Virus record (IMG/VR): IMGVR_UViG_3300038549_000020
Coordinates: 1 to 62,819 of that record
Source: a virus
Taxonomy: Duplodnaviria; Caudoviricetes
Direction: 5' to 3' (one strand)
DNA: 62,819 bases
Positions 36,255-44,525 of this stretch are shown in pieces. The translations under genes were made by a program, and so were the position numbers. The notes under the pieces were generated by a model, which was not told where the DNA came from, did not search any database, and saw nothing but the letters and a program-made list of their open reading frames with translations. Numbering within the stretch: the stretch's first letter is position 1; each line of letters starts with the position of its first letter.

Positions 36255-37085
36255 ATGGGACTCATCGAGGAGTATCTTGACGAACTTCGGAGCATGGGCC
36301 GCTCCGAAGAGACCATCCGTTACACCCGGACCACCCTCCACCAGGCTGACCGCGCCGACCAGTTCGAACTCGGCCTATGCCTGGCCAGTCGCAACGAAGT
36401 TCAGGCATGGCTCAGACGCCCCACACGCGGGGGGAAGCGACTCGCCCCCAATACCCTCGCGAACAACTTCGACCGGTTGCGCGGATTCTTTCGCTGGGCC
36501 CATGGCCAGGGAAAACTTGATTGGGATCCGATGGCGTCCCTCACCCCACCAGGCAGACCGAAGGGCGTGCCGCGACCGGTCACCGATGACCAACTGGCGC
36601 TGATCGTCGCCAGCGTGCGGCACGCGATCCGGATCGCCGCGCTCCTGGCCGCGTGGGAGGGCATGCGCGCCGGAGAGATCGCCCGCATCGATCGAGAGGA
36701 CATCACCCCGGGTGGGGTGATCGTCTACGGCAAGGGTGGTCGTCAGCGGGTCGTGCCCACCCATCCGCTCGTGGCGGCCGAGGTGGCATCTCTCGCCCCC
36801 GGCAATCTCATGGCCCAGCTGGGAGTGCGGCCCGCAGCTCAGGCCGTGACATCCACCAGTGGGTATGAGTTCGGCAAGCTGGGCCTGGACGTCACCTTGC
36901 ACCAGTTGCGGCACTGGTTCGCCACGACATTGATCAACGCTGGGTGGTCGACCAGGGTCGTGCAGGTCCTCCTCGGGCACGCCTCGGTGGCGACCACGGA
37001 GGTGTACACCGAGGTTGCCGGCCACAATCTCGGCCAGGCCGTGGCGGGCCTGCCCAGTCTTGGACTGGACGGACCCGCCACATGA
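36255..37085 (+). CDS. int: Tyrosine integrase lacking an arm-binding domain
   Basis: GMRAGE, GKGGRQR, HQLRHWFAT, LLGHAS..TTEVYT. Confidence 0.92.
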   Translation: MGLIEEYLDELRSMGRSEETIRYTRTTLHQADRADQFELGLCLASRNEVQAWLRRPTRGGKRLAPNTLANNFDRLRGFFRWAHGQGKLDWDPMASLTPPGRPKGVPRPVTDDQLALIVASVRHAIRIAALLAAWEGMRAGEIARIDREDITPGGVIVYGKGGRQRVVPTHPLVAAEVASLAPGNLMAQLGVRPAAQAVTSTSGYEFGKLGLDVTLHQLRHWFATTLINAGWSTRVVQVLLGHASVATTEVYTEVAGHNLGQAVAGLPSLGLDGPAT

Positions 37086-37088
37086 TGA

Positions 37089-37505
37089 TCATCTATTGGG
37101 TTGGTGTCCGGGTCGCTGGGGTCGCATCCCCAGCAGCTCGGCCGCCGCTGTCTGGTCGAGGTGGCCGGCGTGCAGGAGTCGCCGCACCATCTCGGTCAGG
37201 TGTCCGTGATGGTGCGGCCGCGCATGTTCACGCTGCCGCAGCACGTGGACCACCCCGCCGGCCGCCGTGACAGCGGCGGTCAGGGCGTCGTCGTCGAGGG
37301 CGGTGATGACCGCCTCGGCGAGGTTGTGACGGATGAGGGCGGCGGCCGCGCGTGGATCCCACGCGTAGGCCACGACCTCGGCGTCGGGGTGATGGCGCAG
37401 GACTGCCGCCGTGAGGCGGTGACGGGACTGATGATCGTCGCGGGTAGACGGTGGCATGTGGAGGATCGCTCTCATGCCGTGATCAACGACCGGATAGTTA
37501 GGCAT
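37089..37505 (-). CDS. Hypothetical protein
   Basis: Natural composition. Confidence 0.5.
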   Translation of the reverse strand: MPNYPVVDHGMRAILHMPPSTRDDHQSRHRLTAAVLRHHPDAEVVAYAWDPRAAAALIRHNLAEAVITALDDDALTAAVTAAGGVVHVLRQREHARPHHHGHLTEMVRRLLHAGHLDQTAAAELLGMRPQRPGHQPNR

Positions 37506-37548
37506 GCGAACATTTACGTTCGCGGTGGTACGGCCTACGGGGTCGTAC

Positions 37549-37918
37549 TCACGGGTAGCCTGCGGTCCGACACGCGGTCACCAGCGCCAACAGCTGATCC
37601 AACGAAGACAGCGACGCCGACGCCTCGGCATCGGTCATACGGGCAGCGTTCGCGTCGATCACGGCCCGCTCCAGACTCTGGCCAGCGGCGGACACGACAG
37701 GGATGGTCGACGCTGCGGCATCATCGCCGATCTTCGTCAGCGTCGCCAGCAGCCAGTCACGGTCCCCGACGACCAGCGGGATCGGGATCAACGGAGACGG
37801 ATGGATTGGGTGTCCACTGTGGCAGCGACGGCGCAGCGGTCGCGGACGATCCGGACGACGAACATCCGGCGACGCACAGAGCCGCCAGGGAGGCGGCGAG
37901 GAGGGAGAGTCGTGTCAT
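37549..37918 (-). pseudogene. Lipoprotein split by an apparent 1-nt frameshift
   Basis: Lipobox VAGC after a signal peptide; coding-like frame resumes after GATCCC-GATCCC at about 37777-37788. Confidence 0.5.
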
Positions 37919-37958
37919 GCGGGCAGCGTGACCCCTCAGGGCGAGCAGGACACCACAG

Positions 37959-38231
37959 TCACCCGTCCGAGGGACGAGTACGGCGGCGCCCAGTCTGCTT
38001 GCCAGCCGCGATCTGGGCGGCGGTCTCCCGTGCCACGCCGAAAACCTCGCCGACATCGGCATGGGAGAGGCCTGCGGATCGCAGCCCCAACACAATCTCG
38101 CGTCGGAGTTTGACCGCCTCCCGGTGGGTCTCCGTGAGGTCGCGGAGGAGCTTGGCGATTGCCCGGCCGCGCTCCTCCAGGTCCGGGATGGCCTCAATCC
38201 GGGCAATGGCAGCCATCAATGCGTCCCTCAC
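37959..38231 (-). CDS. Coiled-coil plus HTH regulator divergent from the transfer module
   Basis: GLSHADVGEVFGVARETAAQI. Confidence 0.7.
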   Translation of the reverse strand: MRDALMAAIARIEAIPDLEERGRAIAKLLRDLTETHREAVKLRREIVLGLRSAGLSHADVGEVFGVARETAAQIAAGKQTGRRRTRPSDG

Positions 38232-38239
38232 AAGATCAG

Positions 38240-38296
38240 TGTATGGGATCCCGTACTCATGGGCCGGGTTGCCACATTGTGAGGGATCCCTTACAG
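38240..38296. promoter_or_regulatory. Paired GGGATCCC-centred palindromes (operators)
   Basis: TGTATGGGATCCCGTACT and TGTGAGGGATCCCTTACA. Confidence 0.55.
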
Positions 38297-38324
38297 TTAG
38301 GTCAAGTGTGCGAAGGGAGACCAC

Positions 38325-38642
38325 ATGAGCGACCACGACGACGACGCATGGACCATCCGTGATCTCAAGGACCGGCTCGACCGAGACGACGTCGACGGCG
38401 ACACCGAGGCGCTCCGTGCCATCGCCACCCGAATCGAGGCCAGGATCACGACGACCACGGACCCCCGCAGTCTCCTGGTCGATCTGGGCTACACCGTCCA
38501 TTCAATCCGCGACGCAGTCGACCAGCTCGCAGCGGATCGGGAGGTGGACGACCCAGAGGTCAAGGACACCGTGAAGGAGATCTACAACATCCTCCACGTG
38601 GCGTCTGGCCATCTCGCATGGGTCAGCGACTACATCCACTGA
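38325..38642 (+). CDS. Acidic helical protein
   Basis: AAGGGAG RBS. Confidence 0.6.
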   Translation: MSDHDDDAWTIRDLKDRLDRDDVDGDTEALRAIATRIEARITTTTDPRSLLVDLGYTVHSIRDAVDQLAADREVDDPEVKDTVKEIYNILHVASGHLAWVSDYIH

Positions 38643-38690
38643 CCAACCCGGCGGGGCGCATCCCTCAGCGCCCGCCCTGACCTGGAGGAC

Positions 38691-40115
38691 ATGATGACCA
38701 CTGACACCGCCACGGCCGGCGCCGTCGATCGCCTCGCCGGTCTCGTCGGCGCCACCGAAGGCGACCGACGGGCACGCCGACGTCTCCTCGATCGCGCTTC
38801 CCGCGTCCTGGCGGCTGACGCCGAGGCGGAGCGGCGGGCACGGTTCGCGATCGCCGAGGCCGAGCAGCGGGCGAAGGCGGTCGAGGCTGACGCCGAGGCG
38901 CGCATCCGGGCCGCCGAGGCACGGCTGCATGTGCAGCAGCGTGAGCGGGAGGCCAGCCGGGCGGAGCGGGAGGCGCAGCGCGCAGCGGACGCCGCAGCAC
39001 GCGAGGACCGCGCCGAGCGCGCAGCGCTGCGCAGCGCCCGCTACGCAGCGGCGCGTGACGCGTGCGGCGCGGCGGCACCAGCAGTGCTGTCCATGCTCGT
39101 CTACGGCGCAGCGGTCGCATCCGCCGTCTTCGGACAGGTCACCGTCGCCACCGGCCGCTACGCCTGGCCGATGTGGCGCGGACTGCTGCTTGCGGCATTC
39201 ATCGAACTCATGGCCCTGGCCATGGCCCTGACCGCCAACCGGCTACGGCTGCGCGGGGAGCGCGCCTTCGCCCCCCGGGTGCTCACGTGGGTGTTCGCGA
39301 GCTTCGCAGCGGCCGTCAACGTGTGGGGGCACTGGACAGACCCGCTCATGGCGGCGGGGCTGGGAGCGGCCTCGCTCGGCGGCATCACGCTGTGGGAGAT
39401 CCGGTCGTCGGCGCGGCACCGGGATGCGCTGCGCGCAGCGGGTCAGCTGGCGGAGCCCATGCCGCGGTTGGGGTGGCGGATGTGGGTGCTGCGCCCGCGC
39501 ATTGCTGCGGGTGCGTACCGGTTGGCGGTGCGCGCTGCGGTGTCCGATGCCGCTGCGCCACTCATCGCCGAGGCCGAGGCGCAGCGGGTGCTGCGACGCT
39601 CCGCGCGGGTGCTGCGCGGCGGCAAGGGTGCTGCGGCGGCGCTTCCCGCTGCGCTCGCAGCATCAGAGGTCGCAGAGGGTGCAGCGGGTGCTGCGGACGC
39701 CGATCTGTGGGCGGAGATCGACGCCCGCGACCCGTGGGCCGCAGCGGTGCGGCGCGACGACGACAGCGTGCAGCGGAGCGTCGCAGCATCCGCAGCGCTG
39801 CACCCGCAGCAGCTCCGCGCAGCACCGCGCCGGGGAGGGCGCAGCGCGGCGACCGTCCATCCGCTGCGTCCTGTCCGCAGCGCGCAGCGCAGCACCGCGC
39901 AGCGTGGCGCGGCACTGACCGACGACCAGATCGCAGCGGCCATCCGTGACGCCGTCGCAGCGGCGCGGCGAGGCGAGGCTGAGATGCCGTCGCAGCGGGA
40001 GCTGATCCGGATCGTCGCCACGCAGCACCCGACGGCCCCGGTCGTCGGGCCGCGGCGCATCGACCGGATCGCAGCGGAGATCGCAGCACCCATGTTCGCT
40101 GGTGTGGCGTCATGA
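38691..40115 (+). CDS. SpdB/DUF2637-like multi-pass membrane protein (coiled coil, 4 TM, C-terminal HTH-like)
   Basis: AAAVNVWGH, PRLG.RMWVLRP, MPSQREL. Confidence 0.7.
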   Translation: MMTTDTATAGAVDRLAGLVGATEGDRRARRRLLDRASRVLAADAEAERRARFAIAEAEQRAKAVEADAEARIRAAEARLHVQQREREASRAEREAQRAADAAAREDRAERAALRSARYAAARDACGAAAPAVLSMLVYGAAVASAVFGQVTVATGRYAWPMWRGLLLAAFIELMALAMALTANRLRLRGERAFAPRVLTWVFASFAAAVNVWGHWTDPLMAAGLGAASLGGITLWEIRSSARHRDALRAAGQLAEPMPRLGWRMWVLRPRIAAGAYRLAVRAAVSDAAAPLIAEAEAQRVLRRSARVLRGGKGAAAALPAALAASEVAEGAAGAADADLWAEIDARDPWAAAVRRDDDSVQRSVAASAALHPQQLRAAPRRGGRSAATVHPLRPVRSAQRSTAQRGAALTDDQIAAAIRDAVAAARRGEAEMPSQRELIRIVATQHPTAPVVGPRRIDRIAAEIAAPMFAGVAS

Positions 40116-40154
40116 GGTGTGCCGCCACCCACACCAACATGTCTTACGCAGTGT

Positions 40155-40281
40155 GACTGTCAGGGGTGACAGGTGTCAGGGGTGACAGTCACCCCTGACA
40201 GCCCCGTACACCCCGTCAGACGCCACTAGAAAGCCCATCCGGACACCCCGTCACCCCCGGACACCCGTCAGGGGCGACAGC
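40155..40281. repeat. clt-like repeat locus
   Basis: TGTCAGGGGTGACAG direct repeats at 40158 and 40174; 13+1+13 palindrome at 40174-40200; variant copies to 40280. Confidence 0.7.
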
Positions 40282-40302
40282 CACAGAGAGTGAGGTGAGG
40301 TC

Positions 40303-41439
40303 ATGACGGCGCCAGCACCAGAGACGCAGGATGTCAGTCAACGGCCGAAGTCGACGACCAAGCGGGCGGGCAAGTGGCGCCCCCGGTGGGAGCACGTCGC
40401 CGCGCTCGTCCTCGGGGTCGTCGTCCTGGAGCTCGGACTCGCCGCACTGCTCGGCTCCTGGCGGTGGTGGCTGATCGTGCACGGGATCCTCGCCGTCGCG
40501 ATCGTCGCCGCCATCGTCGGATGGCGGGAGATGGGCAAGCGGAGTGCCGCCGGTCGACGTCGTCCCGCAGGTAGCGGCACCCCAGGGGCGGGACGTCCGG
40601 GGGGCGGTCGCGGACTGCTGCCGTGGTCGCGTCGGCGTGGTCCCACTGGTCGCGGTCGCGCGCCATCCGGTGGTCATCCCAAGCGTGGCCTGTTTGGTCG
40701 TCCGCGTCGCGGCGGGGGCGGCGCTCCAGGCGGCGGGCGCGGGTCTGGAGGTCACCCAGGTCGCGGCGGAGGACTCTGGCCGCGTCGCCGCAATGGCCCC
40801 TCTGGCGGCGGGGGATCGCCCTGGCCGTGGAGACGGAAACCCCATAACCAGAAGGGCAAGAGCACGAAGGGTGACGCCAGCGATCACGCTCCGAAGCAGA
40901 GCGCCGCACGACGCGGGGGCAAGCCGTCGGGCCCAATGCCACCCACCAGCGATGGCAGATCCGGCGCCCAGCCACAGCGCCCGACCGGAAGAAGCGAACA
41001 ACCGAGGAGGCGGCATACATCGTCGCCGGAAGGAGAGGACACGATGAGGTACGACGAAGACGCCAGCCTGCAACGGTGGGGACGCAACCTCGCCACCGTG
41101 GCGCCAGCCCTCCAGGAACTGGCGACCAACGCACGGGTCGCCGAGGACCAGGCCGCCGCAGCGGCTCAGGCCCTCGGACGGATCGCCAGCCAGGGCGACA
41201 GCGAACTGCCCGCCGACCATCCCCTGGTCGCCGAGCTGGAGGACATCCAGCGCGAACTCGCGCAGATCAACGCCGAGCCGGTGTCGGCCAGATTCGGCGC
41301 GCTCGTGGACCGCGCCGAGGCGCTGACCCGGACATACCGCACCCGCCATGAGGTGGACGAGGAGCGGCTCGCGGGTGGGCGTGGAGGCCGCGCCCGCGAG
41401 AAGCGCGCCGACGTGACCACCGCCGAGCAAGACACCTGA
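40303..41439 (+). CDS. 2-TM, Gly/Arg-rich, coiled-coil transfer/spread-associated protein
   Basis: Possible second in-frame start at 41044 with a GGAGAGGA RBS. Confidence 0.6.
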   Translation: MTAPAPETQDVSQRPKSTTKRAGKWRPRWEHVAALVLGVVVLELGLAALLGSWRWWLIVHGILAVAIVAAIVGWREMGKRSAAGRRRPAGSGTPGAGRPGGGRGLLPWSRRRGPTGRGRAPSGGHPKRGLFGRPRRGGGGAPGGGRGSGGHPGRGGGLWPRRRNGPSGGGGSPWPWRRKPHNQKGKSTKGDASDHAPKQSAARRGGKPSGPMPPTSDGRSGAQPQRPTGRSEQPRRRHTSSPEGEDTMRYDEDASLQRWGRNLATVAPALQELATNARVAEDQAAAAAQALGRIASQGDSELPADHPLVAELEDIQRELAQINAEPVSARFGALVDRAEALTRTYRTRHEVDEERLAGGRGGRAREKRADVTTAEQDT

Positions 41440-41449
41440 GGAGGACGTC

Positions 41450-43546
41450 ATGGATCACCGGGGTCGTATCCCAGTCATCGCGACAGTGGGCTGCCTGGCC
41501 GCACTCGGGGCGGCCTTGGTGGTCCGGACCGTGCCCGGCATCCCCTGGTGGGCGCCGGGTGCGGCTGGCGCCATCCTCGGCGCCTTTGCCGGCATCGTCT
41601 GCCTGGCCACCCTCATACCCCTGGCCACGGGCCTGCACCGGGTGGTGTGTGTGGCGGCCGTGGGCGCCTGGGCGTCCTGGGCGTCCTGGCACGGCATGAC
41701 ACCCCTGGATGTGGTGTGGCTGCTGCTGGCTGCCGCTGTGCTGGCACTCCTGGCGGTGGCGCTGCCGACCGTGGGTGAGACGGTCGGCCCCGAGGTGGCG
41801 CCCCGCGACCGGCGGCCGGATGAGGTGCGCGCCCTGGAGGACCTGCTACGGCGGCTGACCAAGCAGCCGACGATCAGCGTCAGCAGGATCGACCCGTGGG
41901 AGCGGCCAAAGGACGGACTTCGCGCCCACGTCGACCTACCCGAGGGCATGACCATCAAGGACCTGGCCGGCTACTGCGACCGGATCGCATCATCACCGGT
42001 GCTGCGGTTGCCGCAGGGCTGCGCCGTGCGGGCGCTGGACGGCGCCTACCAGTGCGAGGCGGTCCTGGACATCATGACCAGGGACTGCCTGGCTGACACG
42101 GTCGTGATCGACGAGCCGGCGACCCCGGCATCGGTCAGGGACGAATTCACTGTCGTGTGCTCACCGAGGGGTGAGCGGCTATCGATCTGCCTGCGGATCA
42201 TGTCCATGGTGGTTGGTGGCACTATCGGATCGGGCAAGACGACCTTGTTGCACCGGATCATCATGTGGCTTGCACGCTGCACGGACGCCCTGGTGTGGAT
42301 CATCGACATGAACGGTGGCGGGCTGGGTGCGCCCTGGGCGCAGCCCTACCTCGACGGCAAGACCGATCGGCCGACCGTCGACTGGATCGCAGACTGTGAG
42401 GAGGAGGCTGCGCTCATGACCGCGGTTGCCAAGGCCGTGCTCATCGACCGCAAGACTTCGCCGCAGGCCAGGGCCGCCCGGCGTGCGGCCAACACCAATG
42501 TGATGCCCGTCAGTGCCGACCTCCCGGCGATCATCATCATCGCCGACGAGGGTGGAGAGATCCGCCAGACCATCACCCTCCTCGGCCGACTCGCGGGCGA
42601 ACGGATCTCCTCGATCGCCCAGATCGGCCGGGAGACCGCCGGCCGGGTCGTGCTGTCCGTCCTCCGCGGTACGTCTGACCTGCTGGACAAGGGCTTCCGA
42701 GCGGTCGCGGGGCTCCGGTTGTGCCTGCGGATGGACGAAGAGGGGGAAGCCGACCACATCCTCGGCCGCAACCCTGGGCGTACCCCGCTGCTGCACGTCG
42801 GCTCGGCCTGGCTGTACCGATCCGGCACCGACTATCGGCCCATCCTCGGCCGAACGGTCGACATCCCTCCGGACGCCATCGAGCGGCACGCGCTGGCCAC
42901 CGCACGCCTTCGCCCCCAGTTGGACGAGCGTGGACAGCTCATCGCTTCCCAGGTCGATGCGGTCGCCGTCCTTGGTGGCATCAGGCCGGACAACATCCGG
43001 CACCTGCTCAGCCTGCCTCCGCTGGCCGATGCGGCGGCGGGCCACGCGTACAGCATGCGGTGGCGCCGGTATCGGGACCGGCTGGCGGCCCGCGACGGCA
43101 CCGGACCGGTCGAGCCGATCCGCCCAGCCGACTCACCCACGGTCGCCCCGGCGGGCAGCAGCATGGAGCGACTGCTCATGGCGACCGGGGTCACAGGTCA
43201 GGACGGGCCGGAGCCAGGAGCCACACCCGAGCAGATACAGAGGGCGGCCCTCGACGCCGTAGCGGTCGGTGACGAGTTCGCGGCGCTCACCTCAGCCGAG
43301 CATTTCGTCCGCGACGCCCAGGAGCCGCGGCCCGTCAGCGTCCCGGCCAGGGTCGAGCCCATCACAGGACGAGAGATGATCCTGGCCGTCCTGCAGGACG
43401 CCCACCCCGACGGGCTCACGGCCGGGCAGATCGAGACTCAGCTACGAGAGCGCGGCACACCATTGAGCCGTGGGCGGCTTTATGAGCTGCTGAGGGACAT
43501 GCAGTTGCCGAGGGATGGACAGCAGTACCTGTACCCTGAGCGCTGA
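41450..43546 (+). CDS. TraB-like FtsK/SpoIIIE DNA translocase
   Basis: N-terminal TMs, Walker A GTIGSGKT, WIIDMNGG, Walker B IIIIADE, C-terminal winged helix. Confidence 0.85.
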   Translation: MDHRGRIPVIATVGCLAALGAALVVRTVPGIPWWAPGAAGAILGAFAGIVCLATLIPLATGLHRVVCVAAVGAWASWASWHGMTPLDVVWLLLAAAVLALLAVALPTVGETVGPEVAPRDRRPDEVRALEDLLRRLTKQPTISVSRIDPWERPKDGLRAHVDLPEGMTIKDLAGYCDRIASSPVLRLPQGCAVRALDGAYQCEAVLDIMTRDCLADTVVIDEPATPASVRDEFTVVCSPRGERLSICLRIMSMVVGGTIGSGKTTLLHRIIMWLARCTDALVWIIDMNGGGLGAPWAQPYLDGKTDRPTVDWIADCEEEAALMTAVAKAVLIDRKTSPQARAARRAANTNVMPVSADLPAIIIIADEGGEIRQTITLLGRLAGERISSIAQIGRETAGRVVLSVLRGTSDLLDKGFRAVAGLRLCLRMDEEGEADHILGRNPGRTPLLHVGSAWLYRSGTDYRPILGRTVDIPPDAIERHALATARLRPQLDERGQLIASQVDAVAVLGGIRPDNIRHLLSLPPLADAAAGHAYSMRWRRYRDRLAARDGTGPVEPIRPADSPTVAPAGSSMERLLMATGVTGQDGPEPGATPEQIQRAALDAVAVGDEFAALTSAEHFVRDAQEPRPVSVPARVEPITGREMILAVLQDAHPDGLTAGQIETQLRERGTPLSRGRLYELLRDMQLPRDGQQYLYPER

Positions 43547-43552
43547 CACTGG

Positions 43553-43586
43553 GAGCGGCCCGCACCGATGGGGGTGCGGGCCGCTC
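43553..43586. terminator. Bidirectional hairpin terminator
   Basis: GAGCGGCCCGCACC...GGTGCGGGCCGCTC between convergent genes. Confidence 0.7.
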
Positions 43587-43597
43587 GCTGTCTGGGT

Positions 43598-43852
43598 TCA
43601 GGCGGCGTGTCGGCCGCGTCCGAACCAGGCCGGCGTCTGGGGCATTGTCTGGGTGACCGGGGCCGTGGTTGGTGGAGTGGCGGGACGGCGCAGCTCGGCG
43701 AGACGAAGCCCTTCGGCGATCCCGGCCTGCACTCGCGCCATCACCTCATCCTGGCTGGCGCCGCAGGTGCCGATGGCCTCGATGACGGTGCTCTCGACCT
43801 TACCGAGCCACCGCTCCCGGTCCTCCGCGCGCTGCTCTGGTGTCATGCCCAT
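43598..43852 (-). CDS. Hypothetical protein
   Basis: GGAGG RBS. Confidence 0.5.
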   Translation of the reverse strand: MGMTPEQRAEDRERWLGKVESTVIEAIGTCGASQDEVMARVQAGIAEGLRLAELRRPATPPTTAPVTQTMPQTPAWFGRGRHAA

Positions 43853-44035
43853 GCCTCCAGGCTACGGCAGGGGTGCGTCATCGTGTCGGGGTCGACCCCG
43901 ACAGCATGCAACGGCGCCCGCTCCTGGTGGAGACGGGCGCCGTGGTGGAGGGGGATGATCTTCCTGCCGGCCCGAGGTGCTAACTCCATCTCGGGCCGGC
44001 GCAGGTATGGCACAGGTCAGGCCGGGTCAAGCACC

Positions 44036-44401
44036 TCAGGTTGGGATCCTCTCCGCCAGCGTCTCATGGATGCTTACCAACTGCTGGGCGTCGTACTCCT
44101 TGTGTGTCCAACTGCGAAGAGCAACGCTCTCGATCTCATCGCGCGTGTAGCCGTACCGCGCCAGCATGGCCTTGGCATCCTCCAGGGACCAGACGGTGTA
44201 TGGCTCCTCGATTTCGATCTGGGCAAGAGCTCCGCAGGAGCCTTTCGTCCCGTCGCCGAATTCGAATCCCAGGCAGCCATCCTCTCGGGGAGTGATGCCG
44301 GTGATGGTGCCGCCACGGCATCCCTGGAGGTTGTCCAGGACGCGCATGCCGACCAGTAGGGCGGCTGCCGGGATTGTCCTGATGGCGTATCCGGTCCTCA
44401 T
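44036..44401 (-). CDS. Hypothetical protein
   Basis: AAGGAA RBS. Confidence 0.6.
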   Translation of the reverse strand: MRTGYAIRTIPAAALLVGMRVLDNLQGCRGGTITGITPREDGCLGFEFGDGTKGSCGALAQIEIEEPYTVWSLEDAKAMLARYGYTRDEIESVALRSWTHKEYDAQQLVSIHETLAERIPT

Positions 44402-44443
44402 GATCGATTCCTTCCTTTCCTCCGCCCGGGTGGGCGGTCCGAG

Positions 44444-44510
44444 TGGGTGTGCCGGGACTCGAACCCGACCGGAAAACCGGTGCCTGGCCACGTGCACCCA
44501 GGCCACACCC
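44444..44510 (-). ncRNA. 67-nt tRNA-like cloverleaf without a real anticodon loop
   Basis: GGGTGTG/CACACCC; GCCTGG..CCAGGC; ACCGG TTTT CCGGT; CGGG TTCGAGT CCCG. Confidence 0.6.
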
Positions 44511-44525
44511 GCCACGGAGATCTCC

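Noticed and set aside
40155-40281. Repeats as a CRISPR mini-array
   Set aside because: Units are 15 nt or shorter, adjacent or inverted, with no spacer-length unique sequences. No true array was seen anywhere in the window.
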